IMG/VR virus record: IMGVR_UViG_3300008108_007691
Location: 1 to 64,000 of that record
Length of the DNA stretch: 64,000 bases
Source: an uncultured virus (IMG/VR IMGVR_UViG_3300008108_007691)
Taxonomy: Duplodnaviria; Heunggongvirae; Uroviricota; Caudoviricetes
Direction: 5' to 3' (one strand)
A program made the position numbers and the translations under genes. The notes beneath the pieces are model-generated. The model was not told the DNA's origin and searched no databases. It saw nothing but the letters and a program-made list of their open reading frames with translations. Positions 28,170 to 38,952 of this stretch are shown here, one piece after another. Within the stretch, counting starts at the first letter, position 1. The number at the start of each line of letters is the position of its first letter.

Positions 28170-29585
28170 TTAGATTTTATATGCCATGAAGTGTAAAGAA
28201 TTTTTTGGTCTGGTTATGGCAACGTAAAAAACATTTTTTGATTCAAAATCTTCTTCATCATCAGGATCAAAAGAATATTTTTTCTTTTGTTCGTCTGTTA
28301 GGTTTTTTACGTTGTTAAATTCCAATAGATCTGGAGCAAAACAATTGACGACTACACAATTATCAAATTCCAACCCTTTAGATTTGTGTATAGTCAATAA
28401 AAATTTCCTACTTTCTCTATTAGATTCTATAAAATTAATAATATTTTCTACATTTCCAAAAACCGGCAAAACATAAGTTATTTTATTTTGTGTAGTTACA
28501 CTTATATTACCTTTTTTTATCCCCTCTATCTCAGATTCAGAAAAATAATTTTTATAATTCATGGGATATTTCTTAACTAAAAACTCCCTTTCTATTTCTT
28601 TGATTACATTATTAGTTCTACACAAAATTACAATCTCACTGTAATTATCTATCATTTTCATGAAATTTTCAAATTTCATAATTTTTTTATTAACAACACC
28701 TTGTTCTGTTTTAGATGGTATAGCTTTTAATGTCGAATAATTATTTGAATTTTCTACAATTGAAATTGAACTTCTGAAATTTATACTAAGTGTCATTTCA
28801 TCAACCTGTCTTCTTTTTTTCAACATATCCATTACCCTGAAAGCATTAGCACCACTATAACCAAAAATAGATTGACCTATATCTCCTATGAGTGTATAGT
28901 ATTTTGCATTCAATTTTAGTAATATATCCATTTGAATTGCAGAGGTATCTTGAAATTCATCTATGAGAATATAATCATATTTATTCCTAAACATCACGAG
29001 CCATTTATTTTCCTTTAACAGATCCCTTATCTCAATCAACATATCTGAAAAATCTCTGGTTTTAGTTTCCTTTTTGAATTTATTATATTCATCTATAAAA
29101 TTTGGTTTTTTACACTTAATGCCCTCTGCAGATTGTAATTTGAATGAAGTTATTTCAGCACTTATGTATTGTGCATTCTCATACATATCGTTTAATAATT
29201 CATAGAATTTAATTTTAAGCTCATTAGATGCACTCGGCTTAGGTCTATTTTTTTCTTTATACCAAGAAATAAATTCATATATCTCTACTACCTTTTTAAA
29301 CTTTTTCATTTTTGACAACATTCCTTGGCAAAAAGCATGGATTGTAGTTATTTTAATTTCATCATTCTGAAGCCTTGATCTGAATTCTTCTACAGCAGAT
29401 TTAGTGTAAGAGAAAAATAAAATTTTTGAAGGATCTACACCTTGTGAAATTAAATACCTTACTCTTTCGACTGCTGAAAAGGTTTTTCCCGAACCTGCGG
29501 TTGCTCTTAAAATAATATTTGATTTTATATTAGCATTGATAAATGATAATTGTTCCTCTGTATATTTGTTTTTAGTTTTTTCCAT
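28170..29585 (-). CDS. compact UvrD/Rep-family SF1 helicase
   Basis: ATAGSGKT, TTIHAF, IDEFQD, GDIGQSIFGY, NFRS, TIHKSKGLEF, YVAITR. Confidence 0.92.
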   Translation of the reverse strand: MEKTKNKYTEEQLSFINANIKSNIILRATAGSGKTFSAVERVRYLISQGVDPSKILFFSYTKSAVEEFRSRLQNDEIKITTIHAFCQGMLSKMKKFKKVVEIYEFISWYKEKNRPKPSASNELKIKFYELLNDMYENAQYISAEITSFKLQSAEGIKCKKPNFIDEYNKFKKETKTRDFSDMLIEIRDLLKENKWLVMFRNKYDYILIDEFQDTSAIQMDILLKLNAKYYTLIGDIGQSIFGYSGANAFRVMDMLKKRRQVDEMTLSINFRSSISIVENSNNYSTLKAIPSKTEQGVVNKKIMKFENFMKMIDNYSEIVILCRTNNVIKEIEREFLVKKYPMNYKNYFSESEIEGIKKGNISVTTQNKITYVLPVFGNVENIINFIESNRESRKFLLTIHKSKGLEFDNCVVVNCFAPDLLEFNNVKNLTDEQKKKYSFDPDDEEDFESKNVFYVAITRPKNSLHFMAYKI

Positions 29586-29587
29586 TA

Positions 29588-32500
29588 TTATGAAGTTATA
29601 GAAAACTGTGAAATTCCTGCATCAGGATTGGCCTCAACCTGTTCTTTAATCAACCCGGAATTAGATTTGGTAACTTGTATAATGTTATTTACAAAATCTT
29701 TTATTTCTGTTCTATGAGTTATTATAAGAATATTTTTATATCTGTTACTTAAATAAGAAAAGACCTTTCCAATGTCTGCTGTCTTATCTTCATCAAGCGT
29801 ACCAAAACCTTCATCTATAATCCTTAGACTTGGTTTCATCAAACAGCTTACAGAGTGTAATGCATCGGTAATTGCTATACTACCAACAAATTTCTGAGAT
29901 CCAGAACCCATAGATAAAGGAAGCGAATCTATTTTGTCTGGACTGAAATAAAATATTTCTTGAACATCTCCATTGTTTTTAATGAACATATCAATTCTGA
30001 AGTTAACAATATTTGATAGAATTGAGTTGATTCTATAATTAACAATTGGAAGTTTCTTTTTAATTATCTGAGCTGGTATTCCATCTCTTGAAACAGCCTG
30101 TAAATAAACAGAATATTTAGCATATATTCTAACTGATTCTTTTATCTGATTTAATTTATCAATCAAGTTTTCGATATTGTTTTGATTAACTTTTATTGTA
30201 CCGGAAAAATCTTTTATTTTATTATCAAGTTGATGAATAACAATCTTGTATTCTTTTATACTTTGTTTTAAAGCTTCAATTTTGTTATCAATTTTACTAT
30301 TAGATGATATCTTGGTTTCGTTTGATTTTATTTTAGAAATTTGTTCTTTGAGGTCTTTATTTTTATCTTCAAAACTCTTCAATTTATTTTTTTGATCCTC
30401 CAAATCTCTGTTTTTATTTTTTACCTCCTCATTATGCAAGATGTCAGTTTCGGCTTGTTTCAATTTTTCTAAATTGACTTTCAATGAATCCATTTCATTT
30501 TTATCAGATTGTAATGATATTTTAAGAGAGTCTAACTTATTTTTTTGACCATCAAAATTTATATTATGAGTAGAAGCACTTTTTATCGAATTTATTTTTT
30601 CTTGTAATCCGTTTATTTCTGATGTGATTGAAGAAATCTTCACAATACATTCTTGCTCAACTTCTGGATTAGCTTGTTTAGTGGTTTGTTTACAAGTTGG
30701 GCACTTTTCTCCTCTAGAAACCTTTAGATCATTATCTAAATTTAATTTATCTTTTCGTTTAGAATCTAATTCATCTTCATATGGTTTTGATTCCTCAACA
30801 GTAAGTTTAGGATTTTCCTTAATCCATTTCTCAAATTCAAGATATAAATTTTTATTTTTTTGGAATCGTGTTTTTATAGACTCTATTTTATTTTCTAGGT
30901 CATTTGATTTTAATCCAGCAATTTCTTGAGGTGTTTCCTTAAGAAAGTTTTTAGATGTCCAATCAGATAATGAATTTATATTTTCAGAAAATTTATTAAT
31001 TTCTGAATTATTTTTCTCTATTTTTTGTTCTACTTCAGTTATATTTTTTTCAGTAGTTTCTTCTAATTGCAATATTTTTTTTGTGAGTTCTAAAATTTCA
31101 GAATTGTGAATTTCTATCTGTTCATCATTTTCATCTTTATCCTTTTGTAGAGAGTCAAGATGTATTTTATCATTAGAATTTTTATCCTTCAATTCTTCAA
31201 TCTGTTTTTCGATTTCAGATGGGTCTCCAAGTTGTTTTTGTACAGACTTTATTTGATTAAAAATTTTATTAGCGAATTCATATTTGATGTCAAAAACCTC
31301 CAAACCAAAAAACTTTCTTATCAAATCATTCTTTGGTTGTTGTTGTAAACTTAAATAATCATCTTTTCCACCTTGTGTCTGAAGTGATATTTTTGTAAAA
31401 TCATCGAAAGTTCCTATACTATCAATTATTAGTTTTTTAAACTCTTTTTTCTCTTTAGCAGCACGATCAGAATCTTCATTGATCCAAATTTCTTCACCAT
31501 CTTCATCGTGAGATAAATATTCATATTTGACAGAATATGCAGCTTTGGTTGTTCCATCTCTTTTGGATGAAACAGTTATACCTCTTTCAATTCTATATTT
31601 AATACCTGCTATTGTAATGTAAATTCTCACCCAAGACTTGTTAACACCTGTGTAAAGATTAACAACCTTGTGATTATCTCCTCCTCCCAAAATCTTTTCA
31701 TATAATCCCCACACTAAAGCTTTTATTAAATTGGATTTTCCTGAGTAGTTTTTTCCAAATATACCGGTGATTCCATTTAATTTGTCAAAATCAAATTCAT
31801 TTGTTTGTGCTGGATGAGAAAAAATATTAAAGGTTTCCATTTTATTCAAATCCCATTCAATACCCTTCTTATCATTCGATTCTAAATTTATTTTAGAATC
31901 AATTTCCTTGCTCAATTCAATAACATCCTGAATATTTTCGTAAGAATTTTGATTTAAATAATCAATCAAAAGCTTCTCAAAGCTTTCGGAATTTTCATAA
32001 GAAAAATCATCCTCATCTGATTCTAAAACCTTATCCTTGATAATGGGTTTAAATTCAACGGTTACATTTTCGCAGCCATGAATGTCTTTAATCCATTTTC
32101 TTACTTGTGACTTCTTTTCAACATTTTCGTTTTCAGCATCATCCTCAATCTCGATATAAACTCTAGTTTTTTTCTTATCTAAAGAAAACTTTAAATCCTG
32201 TAATCTTTCTTCAACAATTTCACCTTTAGTGATATTTAACTTACAATACCCATAATCATTTGGGATATGTTTTCTCTCAAATTCATTTGAATTTAAGTCC
32301 CAAATCAAATATCCTTTTTCAATTGACTCACCGAAATTTTGTTGAATTAAACTGCCGGAATAAGCTGCAGTATCTCCATTTTTTCTTTCAAATGATTGGT
32401 GTTCGTGTATATCACCGAGTATAACAATGTCAAAATTGTTAAAGGCTGTAATTTTCATTAATTCATCACCCTTCAGTTGATATCCATTGTCATTTACGCA

Positions 32501-33019
32501 TCCATAAACAGGACCGTGGTAAAGAGCTATATATTTTTTGTTTTTTTCTTTTTCAGTTAAAGTTAATATCTCGTTATCTAATAAAGAATAAACACCATAA
32601 ATAATATCTTCTTCAATTTCATATAAACCAGAATCCTTGAAAAAGTATACACCATTGCCATCCTTGGGAATTATCAATTCTGGATTTTCTTTTGTGACAA
32701 TAAAACCATTCTCTAATAAATCAATTAATGGAGAAATTGCATCGCCCTGAGTTAAATCTTGTTGATTAAAATCGTGATTTCCAATAATCAAATCAACTGG
32801 TGCTATTTTGGATAAGGCCCTCAATAAATTACCGGCAATATCAATAGACGTTGGAGACATATTTATTTTCAGGTGAAAAATATCTCCAGCAACAACTATT
32901 CTTCTTGGTTGTTCATTTTTTAAATCTTTTATAAGTCTGTTAAATACAGTTTTATATTCTTGATGTCTTGAACCGAATCTAATATGTAGATCAGCTATGT
33001 GTGCAATTTTATTATTCAT
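29588..33019 (-). CDS. fused SbcD/Mre11 nuclease and SbcC/Rad50 ATPase (gp47-gp46-like)
   Basis: DLH, GD, GNHD and GDIH phosphoesterase motifs; GKNYSGKS; coiled coil; CPTC hook; SGSQ signature; IIDEGFGTLD; ITH. Confidence 0.92.
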   Translation of the reverse strand: MNNKIAHIADLHIRFGSRHQEYKTVFNRLIKDLKNEQPRRIVVAGDIFHLKINMSPTSIDIAGNLLRALSKIAPVDLIIGNHDFNQQDLTQGDAISPLIDLLENGFIVTKENPELIIPKDGNGVYFFKDSGLYEIEEDIIYGVYSLLDNEILTLTEKEKNKKYIALYHGPVYGCVNDNGYQLKGDELMKITAFNNFDIVILGDIHEHQSFERKNGDTAAYSGSLIQQNFGESIEKGYLIWDLNSNEFERKHIPNDYGYCKLNITKGEIVEERLQDLKFSLDKKKTRVYIEIEDDAENENVEKKSQVRKWIKDIHGCENVTVEFKPIIKDKVLESDEDDFSYENSESFEKLLIDYLNQNSYENIQDVIELSKEIDSKINLESNDKKGIEWDLNKMETFNIFSHPAQTNEFDFDKLNGITGIFGKNYSGKSNLIKALVWGLYEKILGGGDNHKVVNLYTGVNKSWVRIYITIAGIKYRIERGITVSSKRDGTTKAAYSVKYEYLSHDEDGEEIWINEDSDRAAKEKKEFKKLIIDSIGTFDDFTKISLQTQGGKDDYLSLQQQPKNDLIRKFFGLEVFDIKYEFANKIFNQIKSVQKQLGDPSEIEKQIEELKDKNSNDKIHLDSLQKDKDENDEQIEIHNSEILELTKKILQLEETTEKNITEVEQKIEKNNSEINKFSENINSLSDWTSKNFLKETPQEIAGLKSNDLENKIESIKTRFQKNKNLYLEFEKWIKENPKLTVEESKPYEDELDSKRKDKLNLDNDLKVSRGEKCPTCKQTTKQANPEVEQECIVKISSITSEINGLQEKINSIKSASTHNINFDGQKNKLDSLKISLQSDKNEMDSLKVNLEKLKQAETDILHNEEVKNKNRDLEDQKNKLKSFEDKNKDLKEQISKIKSNETKISSNSKIDNKIEALKQSIKEYKIVIHQLDNKIKDFSGTIKVNQNNIENLIDKLNQIKESVRIYAKYSVYLQAVSRDGIPAQIIKKKLPIVNYRINSILSNIVNFRIDMFIKNNGDVQEIFYFSPDKIDSLPLSMGSGSQKFVGSIAITDALHSVSCLMKPSLRIIDEGFGTLDEDKTADIGKVFSYLSNRYKNILIITHRTEIKDFVNNIIQVTKSNSGLIKEQVEANPDAGISQFSITS

Positions 33020-34073
33020 TTATTTTATTTTTTAACCTCTCAAATTCCCTCTTTGCAAAATCAGGATTTATATTTTTTAAATAACCTTTTTTTCTACCTT
33101 TCAATTTATCAACAAAAATATGATTAAAATCTATTTTTTTATGATTTCTTAGAATTTTAATCAATTCTTCTCTTCCATTTTGCTCATAATATTTTGCTAT
33201 ATCTCCTTTAATATCAACATAATAAACGTCTAAACCCAAACTTTCTAATTTAAAATATAGATTATATGCATCTTTTTTTGCGTCTTCATCTAAACAAATG
33301 ACAATTTTAGATTTAAATTCTAAAAGCTTGGTCAGCAAAAGATCAGAAATAGTCTTACCCAATAAAGGAATAGCATTCAATATTGGAAACATATCAAATA
33401 CACCTTCAACAAGATAAACTGGCAAATTAAAATTTATGTTTTTAACATTAAAAATTATATCTTGTTTATCAGGAAAATCAGGTTTTAAATATGTGGGTTT
33501 TATATTAGGTAAATAACTCCTTGCTTCATAATAATTTATTTTACCATCGACATTATAAGATGGAATTATAATTCTAAATTTTCTTGGACCGTCTTCGGTA
33601 TAACCTATATTGTATTTTTTTATTGTTTCAAAATCAACTTTTCTAGATTGTAAATATTTTATTGCTTTTCTATAATTCAAACTACTATAAGTTTGAGAAA
33701 GTGGCTTAAAACCCTCCGGAAGTTCACAGATTAAATTTTGGTCTACAACAATTTTATTATTAGTAATGTTGTTGTTGTTTTGTAAATAATTTTTAGAGGA
33801 TTTAGGAAAAATTAATTTTATTTTTTCATTCTCATCTTCTGTTCCAAAATCTTCTATAACTCTCTTAACAAAACCCTTATATTTACACTTCCAGCAATGA
33901 AAAATATTTAATTCTGAATTGTAGCCTAAATTAAATTTATCTATATCACTTCTACAATATGAACTTGGACAATTATATTCGAATTGTATGATATTATCGT
34001 ATTCATCTTTTGGATCACCAAGGATCCTTTTCAGAATAGAATTAATGACAATATTATTTTCGCCAGAGACCAT
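33012..34073 (-). CDS. DnaG-type DNA primase
   Basis: Zn finger CP...C...HCWKC; RIIIP; TOPRIM LVEGVFD and CLDEDA. Confidence 0.88.
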   Translation of the reverse strand: MVSGENNIVINSILKRILGDPKDEYDNIIQFEYNCPSSYCRSDIDKFNLGYNSELNIFHCWKCKYKGFVKRVIEDFGTEDENEKIKLIFPKSSKNYLQNNNNITNNKIVVDQNLICELPEGFKPLSQTYSSLNYRKAIKYLQSRKVDFETIKKYNIGYTEDGPRKFRIIIPSYNVDGKINYYEARSYLPNIKPTYLKPDFPDKQDIIFNVKNINFNLPVYLVEGVFDMFPILNAIPLLGKTISDLLLTKLLEFKSKIVICLDEDAKKDAYNLYFKLESLGLDVYYVDIKGDIAKYYEQNGREELIKILRNHKKIDFNHIFVDKLKGRKKGYLKNINPDFAKREFERLKNKINE

Positions 34074-34101
34074 TTGAGCAAAAATAATAAAAAATTATAA
34101 A

Positions 34102-34650
34102 TTATACTAATTGTTTTGAGTTTATTTTAGAACAAACATGTGCCATTCCAACCACCCAAGCATCCGCCATATCAAAATTTTCATCAATTAACTTATGAGT
34201 TGTTTTGCTATATTTCCATATAACTTTTGGCTCAGCTCTGTCTACTGCCTCCCAAATTAAATATTTTTTATTTGGATGTGATTTAGGAATTTTTAAGTCC
34301 GGAAAAACAATTCCCCTAGCAGCAGAAACGTTATAATAAGTAGGTTGAATACCGGTTTTCTGATACAAAAATAAACTTATCATTGAATTCATCTGAGTTA
34401 ATTTTTGAATTGTATCTGCATTTGAAAATTTACCCTTAAATTTTTTCAAAGGTTCTTCAATGCTTATATCAGTAAATTTTATATCTTGGTAATCCTTGAA
34501 AAATTCTACAAAATCATCGTATTTTTCAAAAAGATTATGTTTAGGTTTAAATTTTTTATATGATAATTCATGAAGTTTGTAATTATCATTTTCTAAACCA
34601 AAAAGTGCAACACCTATTACAGAGGTAGAAATATCTAATGCTAAAATCAT
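34102..34650 (-). CDS. RuvC-like Holliday junction resolvase
   Basis: ILALDISTSVIG, IEEP, DMADA. Confidence 0.8.
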   Translation of the reverse strand: MILALDISTSVIGVALFGLENDNYKLHELSYKKFKPKHNLFEKYDDFVEFFKDYQDIKFTDISIEEPLKKFKGKFSNADTIQKLTQMNSMISLFLYQKTGIQPTYYNVSAARGIVFPDLKIPKSHPNKKYLIWEAVDRAEPKVIWKYSKTTHKLIDENFDMADAWVVGMAHVCSKINSKQLV

Positions 34651-34679
34651 AAAATTAAAATAAAAATTAAATAAAAAAA

Positions 34680-36110
34680 TTAAAGATTTATATCTATTTC
34701 AAAAGTGAATAAATCTAAAGCACCTTTATAAATTGGTTCTGAAAATTTTGCAACCGCAACTAATTCATTTAATTCATTATATAAACCAACCTCAGTAATT
34801 GAAACTTGTTGATTAGCTGCATAAGGATTGCTTGCTAATGCATTATCCCAAGTAGCGTTATTTGAAATATAAAATTGACCCAATAAACTATTACAAGTTG
34901 TTCTTAATTTAAAAACTGTATCTAAAGATGTGAAATCTAGTGAACATATAGGTTCTTCATCTCCATATATTGAAGTATCAGTAGTATCAAAATAAATATT
35001 GGTTGTTTCGCCACCTGAATTTGGACTGCCATCAGGTAGAAAACCAGATACCCAATCTATTGAATTTACTATATCTGTATGAGTAATTGCAATTAAACCT
35101 TTATCAAGAACAACAAAACCAACAGGAATATCATAATTATAATATGTTCCTCCACTAATATATAAAATTCCAGCTTCATTACTAGTAGTTGCTGCAAAAG
35201 CTTTATTTGTTACTATTACATCAAATGGTCCATCATAACCATCTGGGGCATATATTAATCCAGATTGATAATAATTTTTTATAATACTAGTAACTTGAAC
35301 ATTTCCAGAATAAGTAGGGTTTAAAGTATGGTCAAATTCATCAATTGTTATTGAATCTCCTACAGAAAAGTAATTACGATCTGGTAAAACTACAAAACCA
35401 ACATCACCTGCGTCAAAATATGAATCATAATATCCTATTGCTTGACCCCTATAATCATTATATAACCCATCAACAAAAACAGATTTATTTATTCTATATC
35501 TTCTATCAGTATTTATTGAATCATTACTTAATTTTGTTTCTGCATATGAAGTTGCTGAAGGTCTATCTTGATATCTTCTATCTATGGGATTCCAAGATGT
35601 TACAGCGGAATTTGATATAATTTGTCCAATCTGATTTACACTTAATCCTGTATATGGCAAATTAACACTATCACTAAATAAATAAGTAATATTATCTCCT
35701 AGCAAAGGACTTCTTTCGCCATATTTGTCGGGTGTACTATCAGAATAAGTCGAAGAAAATAAAGTATAGAAATTAGCTGAACTACCAGTACCGGGTACAT
35801 TTAATTTTATAGATCTAGCATCTATAAATTCAGTATAAGCAGTATTTGGTATTTTTATTAATAATATTTTATCAACATTTAATTGTTGTAATTCGGGATA
35901 AAAAAAAGATAAAGATGAATTTGTTGGAAATTTATCTTTATCAGTTGGTAAATTTAAAGAAACAAAATAATTACCTAAATTATTTGTTATACCAGTTCTA
36001 TCACACAAACTTAAAGAAACACTATCTCCTGACAACGAAATTGGAATTTCGTTCTCTTCATTTATATAGAGAAAACCACTAACAGGACTTGTGAATTTAG
36101 GATCAATCAT
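34680..36110 (-). CDS. virion structural protein (baseplate or fibre-attachment paralogue)
   Basis: C-terminal ITEVGLYNELNELVAVAKFSEP; paralogous to 36147..37334 (NYFVS.NLP, EFID.RSI, YNYD.PVGF). Confidence 0.65.
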   Translation of the reverse strand: MIDPKFTSPVSGFLYINEENEIPISLSGDSVSLSLCDRTGITNNLGNYFVSLNLPTDKDKFPTNSSLSFFYPELQQLNVDKILLIKIPNTAYTEFIDARSIKLNVPGTGSSANFYTLFSSTYSDSTPDKYGERSPLLGDNITYLFSDSVNLPYTGLSVNQIGQIISNSAVTSWNPIDRRYQDRPSATSYAETKLSNDSINTDRRYRINKSVFVDGLYNDYRGQAIGYYDSYFDAGDVGFVVLPDRNYFSVGDSITIDEFDHTLNPTYSGNVQVTSIIKNYYQSGLIYAPDGYDGPFDVIVTNKAFAATTSNEAGILYISGGTYYNYDIPVGFVVLDKGLIAITHTDIVNSIDWVSGFLPDGSPNSGGETTNIYFDTTDTSIYGDEEPICSLDFTSLDTVFKLRTTCNSLLGQFYISNNATWDNALASNPYAANQQVSITEVGLYNELNELVAVAKFSEPIYKGALDLFTFEIDINL

Positions 36111-36111
36111 A

Positions 36112-36152
36112 ATGTAATTCTAAATGACTTTCAATATCAAATAGAATTACAT
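36112..36152 (-). promoter_or_regulatory. 11-bp inverted repeat between a stop codon and the next start codon
   Basis: atgtaattcta/tagaattacat; CTATTTGA on the minus strand overlaps the 5' arm. Confidence 0.5.
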
Positions 36153-37334
36153 ATCTATATCAATATTGAAAGTAACTAAATTTATATAGTTTTTTTCAAC
36201 GTATTCCGAAAGTTTAGCAACAGCTATTAATTCATTCATTCTATTGTATAATCCAACTTCAGTTACATAAACTGGATCTAATGTAATTATACCTGTTTGA
36301 GAATTAATATTGTTGAGAGCACTAGTTCTATCCCAAGTAGAATTATTAGAGATCCAGAACTCAGTAGGCATTGCCAAACAAACTGCGGAAATTTTGAAAG
36401 ATGTGTTAATATCGGTGTATTCCAAATAAGCTGCTGGATCATCATCAATATTTAATCCAGAAAAATAAACATTTGTTCTTCCAGAAGTATAGTTTAAGTC
36501 ACCTGATCCGGGGCCACCAGTACCCTCTGTCCATACAATATTTTGTGTTATGGCAGTATGAGTTAAAACACAAATACCCATATCTAAATAACAAAAACCT
36601 ACTGGAACATCGTAATTATAACCTGCAACTCCGTCTGGAAAATTAGTAGGAGGTGTTATAGAATAACTTCCTGATCTTGTATCAGTATTTAATCCGTTTG
36701 GCCTATTATTAGGATTCAATACAGAAGAAATTCCTCCACCTAAAACCTCTCTGTATGAAACAGCAGATGGTCTCTTCGTATAATCAGTTGGATCTGGTTC
36801 CCAAGTTGTATTAGCTGACATATTAGTTCTTACTCCAATTTCATTTGCAGTAAATCCAGTATAAGGAATATTTATATCATCACAAAATAAAAAACAAATA
36901 TTATCACCTAACAGTTGATTTGTTTCGCCATATTTCAATGGTTTATCAGATGAATATGTTGAAGAATAAATCTTTACTCCATCAAAAGGTCCGGGTGCTG
37001 TACCACTTGTTGGTACAAAAAGAGTTATAGATCTTCCGTCTATAAATTCTGAATATTCAGTTGGGGGTATAGAACAAAAAACAATCTTTTCATTATTTAA
37101 CTGATAAAGCTCTGGAAAATATTTTGCTATAGTTGAACTTGTACTTAAATCATCATCAGAAGTTGGGAGATTAAAAGAAACAAAATAATTTCCCTTATTA
37201 TCTGCAACTGAATTTCTGTCACATTCAGTGAAAAATAATTCTTCATTTGAAACTATTTTATTATCTAATGTTTCAGCTTGAACTGTAAGCGATGAACTTA
37301 CTAATTTTGTAAAACGTGGATCAATTGTACTCAT
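36147..37334 (-). CDS. virion structural protein (baseplate or fibre-attachment paralogue)
   Basis: C-terminal YVTEVGLYNRMNELIAVAKLSE. Confidence 0.65.
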   Translation of the reverse strand: MSTIDPRFTKLVSSSLTVQAETLDNKIVSNEELFFTECDRNSVADNKGNYFVSFNLPTSDDDLSTSSTIAKYFPELYQLNNEKIVFCSIPPTEYSEFIDGRSITLFVPTSGTAPGPFDGVKIYSSTYSSDKPLKYGETNQLLGDNICFLFCDDINIPYTGFTANEIGVRTNMSANTTWEPDPTDYTKRPSAVSYREVLGGGISSVLNPNNRPNGLNTDTRSGSYSITPPTNFPDGVAGYNYDVPVGFCYLDMGICVLTHTAITQNIVWTEGTGGPGSGDLNYTSGRTNVYFSGLNIDDDPAAYLEYTDINTSFKISAVCLAMPTEFWISNNSTWDRTSALNNINSQTGIITLDPVYVTEVGLYNRMNELIAVAKLSEYVEKNYINLVTFNIDIDM

Positions 37335-37353
37335 TTCTTTTTTTTATTATTTT

Positions 37354-37758
37354 TTAAAGTGCTGCGGATGAACCAGTATCTGTTAAAGATCTTGGTGGAT
37401 AACTAAAATTAACTTCAAATTGACCTATTTCTCCGGGCTTTATAGATTTTCCCATAGTCCCGTAGAAATTAAAGAATAATTTTTTCGTTCTTCCAAATCT
37501 ATTATCAGGTATTACACTGGCACCCTCTTTTGTGGTATTAACAAAGTCATATATTGCATTCAATAAACCTTGATCTGCTTGAGTCATTGCGACCCATTGA
37601 TTTACCGATACTGCATCATTTACATTGGCAGCAACAGCTTCTCCTTGTACGGTCGCTGTACTTAAACTTGGACCCAAAGTAACTTCAGATTGTAATTCTG
37701 AAAAATTATTTTCAGTCAATCTTGCTGATAAATCTTTGTTGACTATTGCTCTTCCCAT
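37354..37758 (-). CDS. putative structural protein, tandem copy 2
   Basis: 130 of 134 aa identical to 37789..38193. Confidence 0.7.
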   Translation of the reverse strand: MGRAIVNKDLSARLTENNFSELQSEVTLGPSLSTATVQGEAVAANVNDAVSVNQWVAMTQADQGLLNAIYDFVNTTKEGASVIPDNRFGRTKKLFFNFYGTMGKSIKPGEIGQFEVNFSYPPRSLTDTGSSAAL

Positions 37759-37788
37759 TTTTTATTTACTTATAGTTGTTTTTTGAAT

Positions 37789-38193
37789 TTAAAGTGCTGC
37801 GGATGAACCAGTATCTGTTAAAGATCTTGGTGGATAACTAAAATTAACTTCAAATTGACCTATTTCTCCGGGTTTTATGGACTTACCCATAGTACCATAA
37901 AAATTAAAGAATAGTTTTTTTGTTCTGCCAAATCTATTATCAGGTATGACACTTGCACCTTCTTTCGTGGTATTAACAAAGTCATATATTGCATTCAATA
38001 AACCTTGATCTGCTTGAGTCATAGCAACCCATTGATTTACCGATACTGCATCATTTACATTGGCAGCAATAGCTTCTCCTTGTACGGTCGCTGTACTTAA
38101 ACTTGGTCCTAGTGTCACTTGAGATTGTAATTCTGAAAAATTATTTTCAGTCAATCTTGCTGATAAATCTTTGTTTACTAATGCTCTTGCCAT
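37789..38193 (-). CDS. putative structural protein, tandem copy 1
   Basis: 130 of 134 aa identical to 37354..37758. Confidence 0.7.
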   Translation of the reverse strand: MARALVNKDLSARLTENNFSELQSQVTLGPSLSTATVQGEAIAANVNDAVSVNQWVAMTQADQGLLNAIYDFVNTTKEGASVIPDNRFGRTKKLFFNFYGTMGKSIKPGEIGQFEVNFSYPPRSLTDTGSSAAL

Positions 38194-38217
38194 TATTTAT
38201 TGATTTATATTTTATTA

Positions 38218-38940
38218 TTATTCTGCAGCTGTTGCACCTATATTTGTTTGTGCTACGTTTAAAGTAGGATTAACCAAGGGATTTAAACCTGTAGATACTT
38301 GTGTCGTTGGTGTTCCCTGAATTTGATTTGCTTTTTCAAATTGAAAAGTAATTTTATTATAATTACTTCCAGTTGAAGGGAAGAATATTCTTAATCTATA
38401 ACCGGGAGCTGTTGCTGTAGGTTGTTTTAAAGGAATAATTAATTCATTATTATTGATGACATTTGGACCATAACTAGTTGGAGACACTACATAAACTCCA
38501 TCATTAACCAAAGCACCATCAACAAATGTTTGTAATTGTTGAGTAGTTACAACTGGAAAAGTTGTTGGAGCAACATTTGAATTAAAATTAATACTTTGAT
38601 ATGTTGTTTTATACTCAACTGTTTCAATTGATTCTGCCGGAATTGTTGATGTAGTAGGACTAATCAAATTATCCAATGTTCTTCCCTTTGCACCAGTTAC
38701 TGCATTTTCATTTTCGCCTGATAAATCTGGTATTTCTCCAGATAATAAAGGAAGTGGAAGAGTATAATTTACATCTGGATCACCCAATGAGAAACGTGTA
38801 ATTTTTAATCTATCTACAGTAACTCCATTAGGAAGTTGAATATATCTGGGTTTTGACAAACTGTCAAATAGATATTGTCTTCCTAATTCAGTAAGATAGG
38901 CTCTTGCATAAACAGTTGTTGCACTTGGTATTAATCCCAT
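38218..38940 (-). CDS. virion structural protein
   Basis: N-terminal AYLTELGRQYL...ITRFSLGDPDVNY matches the N-terminus of 38953..40992. Confidence 0.6.
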   Translation of the reverse strand: MGLIPSATTVYARAYLTELGRQYLFDSLSKPRYIQLPNGVTVDRLKITRFSLGDPDVNYTLPLPLLSGEIPDLSGENENAVTGAKGRTLDNLISPTTSTIPAESIETVEYKTTYQSINFNSNVAPTTFPVVTTQQLQTFVDGALVNDGVYVVSPTSYGPNVINNNELIIPLKQPTATAPGYRLRIFFPSTGSNYNKITFQFEKANQIQGTPTTQVSTGLNPLVNPTLNVAQTNIGATAAE

Positions 38941-38952
38941 TTTTTTACTTTT

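Larger units (their letters stand above)
37354..38193. repeat. gene-sized direct repeat (2 x 405 bp)
   Basis: About 26 mismatches by manual count, mostly synonymous. Confidence 0.9.

Noticed and set aside
37354..38193. Diversity-generating retroelement template/variable repeat pair
   Set aside because: The differences are mostly silent third-position changes, are not adenine-specific, and no reverse transcriptase is present in the window.
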